Assembly: GCA_963837955.1 (NCBI GenBank)
Contig: CAWIPH010000002.1
Span: forward strand, 864,001 to 928,000
Direction of reading: 5' to 3'
Length of the DNA stretch: 64,000 nt
Origin: an uncultured Verrucomicrobiae bacterium
GTDB lineage: Bacteria; Verrucomicrobiota; Verrucomicrobiia; Chthoniobacterales; JAFAMB01
The translations under genes were made by a program, and so were the position numbers. Numbering within the stretch: position 1 is the first letter of the stretch; each line of letters begins with the position of its first letter. Shown piece after piece: positions 1 to 10,689 of this stretch. The notes under the pieces are model-generated. The model ran no database searches. It was given only the letters and a program-made list of their open reading frames with translations, and was not told the DNA's origin.

Positions 1-3000
1 TCTCCGTTTGCTGCTGCGAAAGTGGAAACAGTCGGCGATCGAAGATCGCTGAGGCTCGTTTTGATTTGGAATGACGGATCTCTCAGTGTGCCGCTCGCCT
101 TTATAATTAGTCCGGCATTCCCAGTAATTTGTCGGTCCTGTGGCTGAAAACTAGCCAGCGAGACTTTGTCGGCTACCAGATCGATAGAAAGGGGCCGATC
201 CAAAGCGATCGGAATCTTTTGCTGATTGAGGTCAAGCGGGACGCTGACGGATCCGGCTAGGAGGTTTTGGTCCTTACGCACCTCCAGATGAGGGATCTCG
301 AACAGCTCAGGGCTTAACCGAATTGTCGCGTCCAAATTAGCCAGCGGAGAGAGTACCTGCAGACGCGTTACTTCGGCCTTGAGCCCTTCGTAAGATCCCT
401 CGACGTCCGCTTTGATTCCTTTCGTTCCTTTCACCTGAAGGTCAGAGATGTGCAGTTGCGCGCTGCCCACGGAGTTCTTTAGTTGACCTTTTCCGGACCA
501 AACGAGGTTCAATTTACCTCCGAGCCCAACGTCCTGGCCAAACGATTTGAGCAGCGGATCGAGAAAAGCGAGATCTCTCAGATCAACGTTGGCATTGCCT
601 TCGTACTCGTATGGTTCGGCGAGTTGTCCCCGGCCGGTCAGATTAATCGAGTTGTTGCGATCGGCGATGACCTTCAATGTCGGAAGTGTCAGCAAATTGT
701 CCTTTACCGATCCGCTCACCTCGGTGTCTTGCAGGCTCAAGCCACGATACCTGATTTGAGTACCCACGAGGTTGAGCTGAGCGTCAGCAATGTGATTATC
801 TTTGACTTGGCCACTCCCGGAAAATCGCGCGCTCAGGCTACCCGTCAGGTTCGGTTCCGGCCCGATTGTCTTGAAAAAAGAGTCAAACACTCGGAGGTCG
901 TCCAGTTGCAGTTGCCCAGAAGCGGTGTAGCGCAGGGGCGCATTGATGTCCAAGTCGGCGTTCAGATCGAATGAGTTGTGCGAATCGAAGTTGACGCGGA
1001 GCGCATCGATCGTGGCTTTTTGCTGTGCGATCTTGGCTTTCAGGGTGAGACTTTGCACCGGTAAACCGCGATAACTAATGTCGTGGCCATCGGCCTGAAT
1101 TTCGGCGTTTGGCGTGCTTTGCTGGGAGTTGCCGGTCGCCTTTGCCGTCATTTCGATCGCGCCCCGTAAACCGGTCGCCTGGTGGAGGCTGGTGAGCAAA
1201 GCGTCGAACTTCGACAGGTCGACCAGACGCAGTGCTGCTGTCCCTTCGTACGGATAGTTGTCTGTGAGTTTTACATTACCGCTCGCGTCCAAGTAATTGG
1301 AGTCATCGAGGGCAGCGTGCAGTTGCTGAACCTTCGCGATTCCATCCGCCGCATTCGCGTCCATCGTGATTCGCTGTAAGGCGAAGTCACCGTAGCGTAG
1401 GTTGTTGCCGTTGAATTGGACGGCGCCCACGGGTTGGCCGTTCTTTAGTGTAATTTCGCCATCTCCGACCAATGAGCCTCGAAGTGGAGTTTCCGGGACG
1501 AAATCTCCGATCGAATCGACGTGAAACTTGAGTTTGGCATCGAGTCGTCTTAGGTCCGGTGTCGCGCCGGGAGTCGGCAGTGGCAATTGGGCGTTGAGTT
1601 CGGCGGCACTCTTTCCGGAATTCATTTCGACGTGCGTATCCGATTGGCCGCCTTGGAGTTTGACGATCGCTCCCACTCTCTCGATGCGCGCGGATTCAAA
1701 TCTTGTGTCACTTATCCAGGCATCAACCAGGGCAGCACAGCCCGGCCACAAAGTGTCAGGAAGAGGTAGCCGAGCAACAGCACAGATCGTTGCCTCCGTC
1801 CGCGGGATCTCCAAGCCCGCTTGCTTCAGTCCGACGTTGAGAAGATGGATTGCCGTGGAAGCCTGTCCGCCCTCGATTTGAGCGTTGCCGAGAATCAAGG
1901 CGTTAGTTTGTAGATTGGGAACGAATCTGCCCGGCTCCAACAGCGCTGCTGCCAAACCGATGTGAGCGGCAAATTCGTCAGCAAAAGCGCCCGAATGCGC
2001 TGGCAAGAGGAAGTTACCTCCGATGGAAACACGATTCGATCCGGCATTAAGCAGGCATCGATCAATGTTTCCCTTTCCTTGGTTTAAGCTGACCCTCAGA
2101 TCGAAGTCGTCAATTTGCCGCTCTTGGTACCGGATTCGGTCGCCAATGATAACGACGCGACCATTCAGCGACCTGGGATTATTAAGATCGCCATTGATCG
2201 ATAGGTCCAAAACCGGGATGGATCCAGTAACAGGCAAGTTCTCGAATTGTTGGAGCGGTTGCAGGTTCAGATGAGCGATTTGGACCGCTCCGACCAACAA
2301 ATTCTGGGAGGCTTGCGAATCGAGTGAAGCGTCGATTCGAAGTGGGGCATTGAGCGCTTTTCCGTTAACTGATGCTACGAGCTTACCGAGGGAGAGATGA
2401 CTCGCATCAAGACTGAGCTGATCGATCGCCAGGAAGGGAGGAAGTGAGAGCCCGGTAAGGTGGAGAGTTTCGCCCTGTACTGCCAGACCGGCTCGGAGGT
2501 CTTTCCATACGCCTAGCGGCGGTAACGCGAGCTCGCCGCAAGTCAATGCACCTGATTGGTTTGCTGTAAGATCGATCCCAAAATTTCTAACAGCCAAATC
2601 TCCATCGGGACGGCGGATTTGGATGTTAATATTGCCGACATCTATCCTTTGAGGGATGATCGGCAAGATCCGAAGTGGACCCCCTTTCTTAGACGGTTGC
2701 GGCGGAGCCGGCGGAGTTGGTCGAATAATCAGGTTGACGTCCTTCAGCTCGATCAAATGCACCACCTCACCAGGCTTCTGCTGCAGAAGGCTGAGCAGAC
2801 TGTAGCGAGCCGAGAATCGGCGGACATCCAATCTTTCGATCGGAAGTGTATGATTCGCCGGGAGCGGTTCGAGGTGCAGATCCTGAATGATCAGATTGGA
2901 GAAAATTGAGCCACGGATCTTGAACTGGATCGTAAATTTTTGCCATCTAGCCACCTTTTGAACCACGAACTCTGTGAGACCAAAGAAAATGGGTTGGTAA

Positions 3001-3083
3001 AAAACGATGAGCAACAGAACGGCAATGGTGAGCCCACCGAGAAGGTATCGTAACCAGCGGACTCGTTTCCGTTCGGGAGACAT
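1..3083 (-). CDS. Large AsmA/TamB-like envelope protein, 3' end outside the window
   Basis: Absent from the ORF track, presumably because no stop lies inside the window. ATG at 3083 reads MSPERKRVRWLRYLLGGLTIAVLLLIVFYQPIFFG (N-terminal anchor). The same frame at the window edge reads ...GLIIKASGTLRDPSFQIKT.... Only the two ends were translated by hand. Confidence 0.7.
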   Translation of the reverse strand, partial: MSPERKRVRWLRYLLGGLTIAVLLLIVFYQPIFFGLTEFVVQKVARWQKFTIQFKIRGSIFSNLIIQDLHLEPLPANHTLPIERLDVRRFSARYSLLSLLQQKPGEVVHLIELKDVNLIIRPTPPAPPQPSKKGGPLRILPIIPQRIDVGNINIQIRRPDGDLAVRNFGIDLTANQSGALTCGELALPPLGVWKDLRAGLAVQGETLHLTGLSLPPFLAIDQLSLDASHLSLGKLVASVNGKALNAPLRIDASLDSQASQNLLVGAVQIAHLNLQPLQQFENLPVTGSIPVLDLSINGDLNNPRSLNGRVVIIGDRIRYQERQIDDFDLRVSLNQGKGNIDRCLLNAGSNRVSIGGNFLLPAHSGAFADEFAAHIGLAAALLEPGRFVPNLQTNALILGNAQIEGGQASTAIHLLNVGLKQAGLEIPRTEATICAVARLPLPDTLWPGCAALVDAWISDTRFESARIERVGAIVKLQGGQSDTHVEMNSGKSAAELNAQLPLPTPGATPDLRRLDAKLKFHVDSIGDFVPETPLRGSLVGDGEITLKNGQPVGAVQFNGNNLRYGDFALQRITMDANAADGIAKVQQLHAALDDSNYLDASGNVKLTDNYPYEGTAALRLVDLSKFDALLTSLHQATGLRGAIEMTAKATGNSQQSTPNAEIQADGHDISYRGLPVQSLTLKAKIAQQKATIDALRVNFDSHNSFDLNADLDINAPLRYTASGQLQLDDLRVFDSFFKTIGPEPNLTGSLSARFSGSGQVKDNHIADAQLNLVGTQIRYRGLSLQDTEVSGSVKDNLLTLPTLKVIADRNNSINLTGRGQLAEPYEYEGNANVDLRDLAFLDPLLKSFGQDVGLGGKLNLVWSGKGQLKNSVGSAQLHISDLQVKGTKGIKADVEGSYEGLKAEVTRLQVLSPLANLDATIRLSPELFEIPHLEVRKDQNLLAGSVSVPLDLNQQKIPIALDRPLSIDLVADKVSLASFQPQDRQITGNAGLIIKASGTLRDPSFQIKTSLSDLRSPTVSTFAAANG

Positions 3084-3109
3084 CAGACTAAAGAACTAAC
3101 ATTCTGAGG

Positions 3110-4012
3110 GTGCCCGCCGACGACCAATCTCGCAGCGAGGTGCTCTGCCAAATGAAGCAACGACGCTCACTCTGGTCGCAGATGCTGCGAATGTGCAAGT
3201 CGGTTTTTGGTCCAGTTTGGACAAATTTACTGCGAGCCATTAGTCGGTATGGCCAAGTCAATGGAGAACAGTGTGCTGCATCCTTCGCCTATTATGCATT
3301 CTTCTCACTATTCCCGTTGATTCTTCTGTTTGTCGCTATCGGGACTTTGTTCGTTAGCGATCGGGAGCAGGCGGCACGTCGATTGGTCATCCAGATCGAA
3401 GAATACACGCCGCTGCAGCAAAGCGACCGGGATGTCGTGATGAGTACCGTCGAAGGAGTGATTCGTCACGGTTGGGGCGCCGGAATTCTCGGTTTTTTGA
3501 TGCTTCTTTGGAGTTCTTTGCGCTTCTTCCAGGCACTGGTACTCGGAATCAATCGCGCCTGGGGGGCGATGGACTACGATTGGTGGAGACTCCCGTTGCG
3601 CAATCTTCTCATGATCGGCATCCTCTTGAGCGCCGCTTTGCTTAGCGTCGTTGCTCCGCTGATTCTGACGAAGATCCTTGAGTTTGTTGGATGGAATCAG
3701 GACTGGGTGACCGGAGTTTTTACCGGTCTGCTACCGACGTTAATTCTCTTTTATTGCTTGCTCATGTTCTACCGATTCGCGCCGCGGGGACGCTCGACGA
3801 CCTTTAGGCAAGTCTGGCCAGCTGCACTGTTTGCGGCGCTCGCCTTAAAATTTTGCCAGCATCTCTTCGGAATCTATTTGACTCAGTTCATTAGTTTTAA
3901 CGCCGTATACGGGGTATTTGGTACCATTATGGCTCTGCTATTCTGGATTTACTTGTCCGGGGTAATTGTCATTTTCGGAGGCTGTATCGCCGCGACGCGC
4001 GTCACTCGATGA
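3110..4012 (+). CDS. YihY/virulence factor BrkB family membrane protein
   Basis: AASFAYYAFFSLFP and YGVFGTIMALLFWIYLSG motifs; multiple TM helices. Confidence 0.9.
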   Translation: MPADDQSRSEVLCQMKQRRSLWSQMLRMCKSVFGPVWTNLLRAISRYGQVNGEQCAASFAYYAFFSLFPLILLFVAIGTLFVSDREQAARRLVIQIEEYTPLQQSDRDVVMSTVEGVIRHGWGAGILGFLMLLWSSLRFFQALVLGINRAWGAMDYDWWRLPLRNLLMIGILLSAALLSVVAPLILTKILEFVGWNQDWVTGVFTGLLPTLILFYCLLMFYRFAPRGRSTTFRQVWPAALFAALALKFCQHLFGIYLTQFISFNAVYGVFGTIMALLFWIYLSGVIVIFGGCIAATRVTR

Positions 4013-4110
4013 GTAATGGGCCGTCCGTTGTCTGCCATTCGTCTGCCGGAGGCTGGATCGAACCAAGCCTGACGAGAGGAACAGGTGCCTCGCTAACGGC
4101 CCAAGTGTCC

Positions 4111-4917
4111 TCAAGATAAGAGATGCTCGGTGAGGAATGGCAGCACAATCTCATTGAAACGGTGCGCTTGTTCGACCATGCCGAGATGAGCCGCCCCTCT
4201 CAGAATTTGTAACTTTGAACCCTGAATCCGTTCGCGCATCGATTCGGCAACGGAAGGAGGGAAGCCTTGATCCTTCTCTGCTGGGATCAGCAGGGTTGGA
4301 ACCTTTATTTCTTTTAGCCGCTCGGTGAGATTCAGTCCCTGTAGAGCTCGGCAGCAGCCAACAAAACCGTCCGGGGAAGTGGCGCGAATCAAGTCCGCAA
4401 TCCAAGCTGCGGTCCACGGAGCTGACTGCAAGAACTCGAGATTGAACCAACGCGCGAGTGTTGGCTCAACCTGGCTCTCCATGCCCTTCAGACACACAGT
4501 CTCGATTCGCAGATTGAAATTGGCCTTCATGGCTTCGTTCGCTTCGCTTCCAGTGCAGCAGAGCACGAGAGCCGATAAGCGATCCGGCGCAGTCAAAGCC
4601 AGGACCTGGCCAATCATCCCGCCCAGCGAAACTCCAACGAACGCCGTCCGTTCGATTGACAGGTGATCGAGCAGTTTCAGCACGTCGGTCGCCAACTCTT
4701 CGAGCGAATAGCTGTCTCCTGGCGCTTCGCTTTCGCCGTGGCCACGCACATCATAGAGGATTACCCGGAAGCGCCGGGTCAACAGGGGTAGCTGATATCC
4801 CCAGACCTCTGCGCTGGTTGCGAGGGCATGGGAGAGCACCACGGCCGGAGCTTCTTCAGCTCCTTCCGAGGCGAAACTGACGCGGTAACCATTGATCTGG
4901 GCAGATTGCTTTTTCAT
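4111..4917 (-). CDS. pcaD: 3-oxoadipate enol-lactonase-like alpha/beta hydrolase
   Basis: YDVRGHGES, GVSLGGMIG nucleophile elbow, AAHL; start set at MKKQSAQING. Confidence 0.75.
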   Translation of the reverse strand: MKKQSAQINGYRVSFASEGAEEAPAVVLSHALATSAEVWGYQLPLLTRRFRVILYDVRGHGESEAPGDSYSLEELATDVLKLLDHLSIERTAFVGVSLGGMIGQVLALTAPDRLSALVLCCTGSEANEAMKANFNLRIETVCLKGMESQVEPTLARWFNLEFLQSAPWTAAWIADLIRATSPDGFVGCCRALQGLNLTERLKEIKVPTLLIPAEKDQGFPPSVAESMRERIQGSKLQILRGAAHLGMVEQAHRFNEIVLPFLTEHLLS

Positions 4918-4999
4918 TACAATTCCTAGACTCGGCGCTCGAGGAATTGCCACGGCCCGCCCATGTTTCCTCAAGTCGGATTTTGGCGAACAAAAAACA

Positions 5000-5776
5000 C
5001 TAAAAATAGAACGGGATGCCGAGCTGCTGGAAAATCTTTTTGTTCTCTCCGAAGAACTTGTTTCCAAGATCGTTAAATCCCCCGCTTTCTTTAAACTGCT
5101 TCAGGAAAGCGTTTACTTGAGTGCGTAATTCGTCATTTCCTTTCCGGATGCCGATCGCCCATTCTTCGATCTGAAACGGTTGTAAGATTGCGCGCGTTGA
5201 TTCTTGGTACTTTTGCCAATGTTGGAAGATGGAAATTTGATCGTAGATCATGCAATCCGCTTTGCCTTGCGCGACTTCCGTGGCGCAGGTCGCCGGGTCG
5301 TTGAAGATGAGGATTTTCGCATTATGAAAATGTTGGATTGCGTAAATGTGGCCGGTAGTCGCTTTCTTCACTGCGACAGTGACGTTAGGTTTGTCGATAT
5401 CTGCGATCGATTGAATGGAACTGTTTTTGTTTGCCAGAATCGATAAGCCCATCTTCAAATAAGGATCGCTGAAGTCGATAGACTTCGCTCGCTCTTCGGT
5501 CATGGTCATAGAAGAGATTGCTAGGTCGATCTTCCCGGTCTTCAGTGATGGGATCAGACCATCGAAAGGGATGTTCTCAAAGCGGATCGGACGCTGAAGG
5601 TATTTACCAAGGGATCTCATCATCTCCACGCTCATGCCGGCTGGCTGTCCGCTGGTATCCAACATTTCGAACGGAGGAAAACTCATCTCCATCCCGATCA
5701 CGACTTCCTTTTGCTGGGCATGCAAGGTTCCAACGCTGGAGAGCGTGATTACGAGACAGCGAATCAAGAATTTCAC
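5000..5776 (-). CDS. Polar amino acid ABC transporter substrate-binding protein
   Basis: Signal peptide; FPPFE, FDGLIPSLKTGKID, TEERAKSIDFSDPY. Confidence 0.9.
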   Translation of the reverse strand: MKFLIRCLVITLSSVGTLHAQQKEVVIGMEMSFPPFEMLDTSGQPAGMSVEMMRSLGKYLQRPIRFENIPFDGLIPSLKTGKIDLAISSMTMTEERAKSIDFSDPYLKMGLSILANKNSSIQSIADIDKPNVTVAVKKATTGHIYAIQHFHNAKILIFNDPATCATEVAQGKADCMIYDQISIFQHWQKYQESTRAILQPFQIEEWAIGIRKGNDELRTQVNAFLKQFKESGGFNDLGNKFFGENKKIFQQLGIPFYF

Positions 5777-5958
5777 GTAGCCTTCTTATTCCCAGCCGGC
5801 CAGAGTTTCAACACCGGACTGGCGGGTGGTACCCTTGATGGGCGGAGGGCGCGCGCTTGCGACTTTGCCAATTTGTTCGGAATGGTCCGCTTTAATAGGA
5901 GAAAGGATATGCGCCCAGAGCAGTCGTCCCGGCTTGTCCGCCTAGCCTAAAGCCTTTT

Positions 5959-6209
5959 GGAGGGACTCAATGAAAGTAGCCCAGTACGAAGTGCTGGGAA
6001 CAACGCAAAAGAGACGTCCGTCCCGTCAGGGACGATAGAAGCGTTTTTGGCTCCTGGTCCTTTCGTAGGCGGCTTCACCAGCGTATGCAAGCATCGATCG
6101 TCCCGTTCCTCCTTCGTCATCCTGACTATGGCGGACAGGCCGGGACGGATCGTGTTTTTTGAACGGTACCCCAGCACTTCGTACTGGGCTACTTTCATTG
6201 AGTCCCTCC
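5959..6209. repeat. REP/REPIN-like element with a perfect 40-bp terminal inverted repeat
   Basis: 5959-5998 GGAGGGACTCAATGAAAGTAGCCCAGTACGAAGTGCTGGG is the exact reverse complement of 6170-6209; internal CGTCCC...GGGACG hairpins. Confidence 0.85.
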
Positions 6210-6364
6210 GGGACCAATCCTCTTCGCAATACTTCTACCCTATATATTGACGCACATGTGCGCCTGCGGGACGCACCCTCCGAGCGACGGCCTCAATTCG
6301 ATTTGGACTCCACTAGCTCGATAGACTAAGTGTCAGTCCGGACCGCAGTACGTGGAAAAAAGCT

Positions 6365-7186
6365 ATGCTCCAGGTCGAAGATCTAACAATCAATTTCCAG
6401 AGCGATCAGGGCGAGATTTGTGCTGTCGATTCCGTGTCATTTTCCGTGGCGGATGGCGAGACTCTGGCGATTGTCGGAGAGAGTGGGAGCGGAAAAAGCG
6501 TTACTGCCCTTTCGCTCACCAGGTTGCTTCCCCAACCACCGGCACGTATCGCGCGCGGAGAAGTTTTTCTGGATCACGAACCGCTCCTGGGCAAACCGAT
6601 GCGAGAATTGCGCCGTGTTCGAGGGAAACAAATCGGGTACATATTTCAGGAGCCGGCGACGAGTTTGAATCCGGTCTTTTCCATCTACGAACAGATGTCC
6701 GAGGTGATCCGACTTCACCGGCCCGAGATCAAAGAAATCAAACGGGAGGTTGTTTTTTGGCTGGATCAGGTAGGAATTCTGGAGCCCGGCAAACGGCTAC
6801 ATGACTACCCGTATCAGCTAAGTGGAGGGATGCAGCAGCGGGTCATGATAGCAATGGCTCTCAGTGCTCAACCGAAGGTTCTAGTCGCGGATGAACCCAC
6901 CACGGCGCTCGATGTGACCATCCAGAAACAGATTTTGGACCTTTTTGCCGAACTGAAGCAGAAATTTCAGATGTCAATCATTCTCATCACGCACAACTTC
7001 GGAATCATTCGGGGACTGGCGGACAAAGTGGCAGTGATGTTTCGAGGTCGATTAGTGGAGTTCGGAGATTCCGAGAAGATATTGAAGGCACCGAATCATC
7101 CCTACACTCGGGCCTTAATCGACTGTGTACCTAGATTGGGAGCCGATCTGCGCCGTCTGCAGACCATCGATTATTCTGCACTGTGA
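6365..7186 (+). CDS. Peptide ABC transporter ATP-binding protein (OppD/DppD-like)
   Basis: GESGSGKS, YPYQLSGGMQQR, ADEPTTALD, HPYT. Confidence 0.92.
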   Translation: MLQVEDLTINFQSDQGEICAVDSVSFSVADGETLAIVGESGSGKSVTALSLTRLLPQPPARIARGEVFLDHEPLLGKPMRELRRVRGKQIGYIFQEPATSLNPVFSIYEQMSEVIRLHRPEIKEIKREVVFWLDQVGILEPGKRLHDYPYQLSGGMQQRVMIAMALSAQPKVLVADEPTTALDVTIQKQILDLFAELKQKFQMSIILITHNFGIIRGLADKVAVMFRGRLVEFGDSEKILKAPNHPYTRALIDCVPRLGADLRRLQTIDYSAL

Positions 7187-7737
7187 CCCGCTTTTTGCAG
7201 GTTTAGCCAGTTATGGTGATAAACCGCTACGTTCACATATTTCTCTGCCAGAGCGCTGATCGAAGCTTTCTCAGCGGCAGTTAGCGAGCGCAACACTTTG
7301 GCTGGCGAACCGATCACCAGGGATCCGGCCGGTATTTTAGATCCTTTCGTAACGAGGGCCTGTGCTCCGATGATGCAGTCTTCGCCAATTTCTGCACCAT
7401 CGAGAATAATCGCGCCCATTCCAATCAGTACGCGATTACTTACGGAACAGGCGTGAACGATCGCCCGATGACCGCAGGTTACCTCATCACCGATAGTCAA
7501 AGGAAATTCGTCCGCGACGTGCAGGACGGAACCGTCCTGAATATTGGTTCGATTCCCGATCTGAATAAAATGGATATCGGCTCGGACGACCGTGTGATAC
7601 CAGATGCTCGAGTATTCACCAATGGTCACTGCTCCTATGACAGAGGAGTTGGGAGCGACAAAAGCGGTTTGGGCCACGGAGGGCTGTCGCCGTAAGTGCT
7701 CATTCAGCCGCCTCAGAACATTATGCGATCCCATCAT
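7171..7737 (-). CDS. Gamma carbonic anhydrase family protein (YrdA-like)
   Basis: Hexapeptide repeats; RTNIQDGSVLH, GHRAIVH. Confidence 0.9.
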   Translation of the reverse strand: MMGSHNVLRRLNEHLRRQPSVAQTAFVAPNSSVIGAVTIGEYSSIWYHTVVRADIHFIQIGNRTNIQDGSVLHVADEFPLTIGDEVTCGHRAIVHACSVSNRVLIGMGAIILDGAEIGEDCIIGAQALVTKGSKIPAGSLVIGSPAKVLRSLTAAEKASISALAEKYVNVAVYHHNWLNLQKAGHSAE

Positions 7738-7926
7738 AATTTACTATCTAGCGTAATCGGTTTTTGCCAGAAACGAAATTGGGCCAAATCTTCGGAAACC
7801 CGCGCTTCTAGATTGACAAACCTCGCCAAATCTGGGGATAAGGGACGGATCGAAGGCGTCTGTTCGCGAATCGGCTCAGGTAAAGCTTCCTAAGGCCACC
7901 GCTTCCGAACCTCGCCATCTGCATCC

Positions 7927-8202
7927 ATGAATAAAGTAGAGTTAGTTGAATCCGTAAAGAAGCAGCTCGGAGCCGAGATCAGTAAGGCAGAGGCCGAGAA
8001 AGCGGTAACAGCTGTGATTCACGCCATCAAGACCGGTGTCAAAAAAGACAAAATAGTTCAGCTGGTGGGATTCGGAACTTTTAAGGTGGTCGAAAGAAAA
8101 GCACGTAAGGGGGTTAATCCAAAAACCCTGCAACAGATAAAAATTCCGAAATCGAAAACCGTGAAATTTGTTCCGGGTAAAGATTTTAAGGCCAAGATCT
8201 AA
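7927..8202 (+). CDS. hup: HU family DNA-binding protein
   Basis: MNKVELVE, GFGTFKV, RKGVNPKT. Confidence 0.95.
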   Translation: MNKVELVESVKKQLGAEISKAEAEKAVTAVIHAIKTGVKKDKIVQLVGFGTFKVVERKARKGVNPKTLQQIKIPKSKTVKFVPGKDFKAKI

Positions 8203-8244
8203 TCTTGGGGAGTTAGAAGAGCGATCCGTTTTCCCCCCGTAACC

Positions 8245-8284
8245 GAGAAAACCCGTTGGGTACCGATACCGAACGGGTTTTCTC
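8245..8284. terminator. Intrinsic terminator-like hairpin after HU
   Basis: GAGAAAACCCGTT...AACGGGTTTTCTC inverted repeat. Confidence 0.6.
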
Positions 8285-8342
8285 ATTATTAAAGGGAATA
8301 AGCAGAGACAGAATCTATCTTGTATTTGAAAGCGACTGTAGT

Positions 8343-8915
8343 GTGAAAAGTATTGGCTCCCTCTGCCTCTGGCTGATCTGCCATAACATCGCTTTTTCGG
8401 CCGACCAGTATGCACTGGATGCCGCTCGCTCAGAACTGAGTTTTCAGGTCCGAAATTTCGCTTCGTCGGTTACGGGTAAATTTACCGACTTCTCCGGAAC
8501 TGTGAGCTTCAACCGAGCCCAACCTGAGCAATCGAGCGTAGAAGCGACTATTCGAGTCCAAAGTATCGACACTGGCATCAAAGACCGCGATCACCATCTG
8601 CTTTCCGCGGACTTCTTCGATGTCCAAAAGTTTCCCACCATCACTTTCAAAAGCACCTCGGTTCAACGAACCGGTGATCGTACCGCTGAAGTGCACGGCA
8701 ATCTAACTATGCACGGGACCACTCGGCCCGTTCTGCTCCACGTAGAGTTGTTGGCTGACGACACCAATAGCGCCGCCGGTAGCCTGCGGTGGAAGGTTAC
8801 ATCCAGTCTGAAAAGGAAGAGCTTTGGGCTAAGTTGGAATCCGTTTATCGAAGCTTCGCAAGCAGTCGGCGACGATATCAATATCCGAATGAGAATCGTC
8901 TCGCCCGCGCACTAG
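8343..8915 (+). CDS. YceI family periplasmic protein
   Basis: GTG start gives a signal peptide; SIDTGIKDRDHHL, FFDVQKFPTITF, GNLTMHG. Confidence 0.9.
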   Translation: MKSIGSLCLWLICHNIAFSADQYALDAARSELSFQVRNFASSVTGKFTDFSGTVSFNRAQPEQSSVEATIRVQSIDTGIKDRDHHLLSADFFDVQKFPTITFKSTSVQRTGDRTAEVHGNLTMHGTTRPVLLHVELLADDTNSAAGSLRWKVTSSLKRKSFGLSWNPFIEASQAVGDDINIRMRIVSPAH

Positions 8916-9109
8916 AGGGTAGGGTTACAAGTTACAGGTTGGCGGTTCACGGATTGAGGAAGCGCCGGTTGATGCGTGTTGCGAACATCCCTTGCGCTGG
9001 CCCTACTAGAGTTGCATTCAGCCTAAATTCCCAGATTCTCCCGTCTAAATTCTGGACGTTCCCAGCTCATGGCTTTACAAGCGCCCGGGTGGCTGCATCG
9101 TCAGGTACA

Positions 9110-10600
9110 ATGTCCAACCTCATTCTGACTTCGAACGAAGTGCAAGAGCTGGAAAGGCGCGCCTTCGCTGAAGGCGTCGGGCAGGAAGATTTGATGGACT
9201 TGGCCGGGCTCGGCATCGCGCGGAAGATCATGGAGCTAGAGCCGGTGGCAGGGGCTTCCGTGGTTTATCTCGGCAAGGGAAATAACGCCGGCGACGCTAT
9301 CGTCGCAGCTTCCGCGTTGCAGCGATCCGGGTGGTCCGTAACAGCTCGAATGGTAGCCTCAGAAGGGGATCTCGAGGCATTGCCAAAGAAGAAGTGGCAG
9401 GCTCTGGAGAGCCTTTTCCGCAAGGCATCATCAGAACCAACTACGCCACCCGGTAACCGGCCCGTGATCTTGTTGGACGGCCTGTTAGGAATAGGTGCCC
9501 GACCCGGTTTGAGTGATCTTTACCGCCGCTTCACGAGCGAGATGAACCGTCTGCGCGAAGATTGGAACGCGCGGACTTATGCTGTCGATATTCCCACCGG
9601 CTTGACCGATTCCACTGTGGATCCGGACAGCGTGATCGCCGACGCTACCTTAACCGTAGGATTCCCCAAAAGTTGCCTTTTCCTCGACGCAGCGGTCAAC
9701 TCAGTGGGTGCGATTTGGGTTATCGATCTGGAGGCATTAACGGTGCGTGCGCCGGCCGACGCCAGTCGCAGCCGATTGGCGGGACCGACTGATTTGTACC
9801 GGCTGGCGCGACGTCGTCCGTTCGATTCTCATAAAGGTAATTTTGGACGTGTGGGAATCATTGCGGGATCGCGTGGGTTTATTGGAGCGGGAGCATTGGC
9901 TTCGAGGGCGGCGCTGAGGGCTGGCGCCGGCTTGGTCACACTCTATGCAACGGAGGACGTCTATTCGATCATTGCGATCAAGGCTGAACCCGAAGTCATG
10001 GTGAAGCCGGTAACAGACCTTCGTGAAGCATTGTCTGATCATCTTGACGCCATTGCGATCGGACCGGGACTGGGTCGAGCCCGTGCTGATGAGGTAACCC
10101 AGATCGTGCGAGAATTTGCCAAATCCATGGTGGTGGATGCCGACGCGCTGAACATTATTAGCGAACGGCGCGAAACCCTGTCACACTTGGCCGGGCCTCG
10201 ACTACTTACACCGCATCCCGGAGAAATGAGTCGTCTTTTTTCGGTGGATGGGCTATCGCGCGCGGAGGTCGTGGACCGGTTCACCAAGGAGTATCCGGTA
10301 ACTTTATTGCTAAAGGGGGCGCGAACGCTGGTCGGCCAGAGCGGGCACCCTTTGTCCTATAACTCAACCGGAACTCCTGGTATGGCGACAGGCGGCTCCG
10401 GTGATGTTCTTACCGGCGTTTGCGGAGCTCTATTGGGGCGCGATATCGCCCCCTACGATGCGGCTCGCCTCGGCGCCTGGCTCTGTGGAAGAGCAGCGGA
10501 GCTCACTCTGTGCGACGAATCGGAGGAATCAATGCTCCCGACTGATACCCTGCGCTTCTTAGGGAAAGCCTTTGAAGAAATACGAGAAACCGGAAGGTAG
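9110..10600 (+). CDS. nnr: Bifunctional NAD(P)H-hydrate epimerase/dehydratase
   Basis: GKGNNAGD, SHKGNFG, LLTPHPGEM, MATGGSGDVL; start set at MSNLILT. Confidence 0.93.
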   Translation: MSNLILTSNEVQELERRAFAEGVGQEDLMDLAGLGIARKIMELEPVAGASVVYLGKGNNAGDAIVAASALQRSGWSVTARMVASEGDLEALPKKKWQALESLFRKASSEPTTPPGNRPVILLDGLLGIGARPGLSDLYRRFTSEMNRLREDWNARTYAVDIPTGLTDSTVDPDSVIADATLTVGFPKSCLFLDAAVNSVGAIWVIDLEALTVRAPADASRSRLAGPTDLYRLARRRPFDSHKGNFGRVGIIAGSRGFIGAGALASRAALRAGAGLVTLYATEDVYSIIAIKAEPEVMVKPVTDLREALSDHLDAIAIGPGLGRARADEVTQIVREFAKSMVVDADALNIISERRETLSHLAGPRLLTPHPGEMSRLFSVDGLSRAEVVDRFTKEYPVTLLLKGARTLVGQSGHPLSYNSTGTPGMATGGSGDVLTGVCGALLGRDIAPYDAARLGAWLCGRAAELTLCDESEESMLPTDTLRFLGKAFEEIRETGR

Positions 10601-10689
10601 AATCCGGCGACGGCCTGCAGCATTGATGTCACTGAACTGCGGACCGGATTGGCGTCGCTTAGTTATCTTCTAAATTCTAAACTCCGGTT

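Noticed and set aside
483..2909. Plus-strand ORFs in 483-2909
   Set aside because: They are antisense shadows of the long minus-strand TamB-like gene
7813..7842. Sigma70 promoter for HU
   Set aside because: TTGACA is perfect, but the -10 region is too weak to call
8789..9109. N-terminal extension of Nnr (likewise for pcaD, mqnE, fliA, sigZ, paaD)
   Set aside because: The extensions overlap neighbouring genes or promoters and lack family similarity; downstream starts fit better
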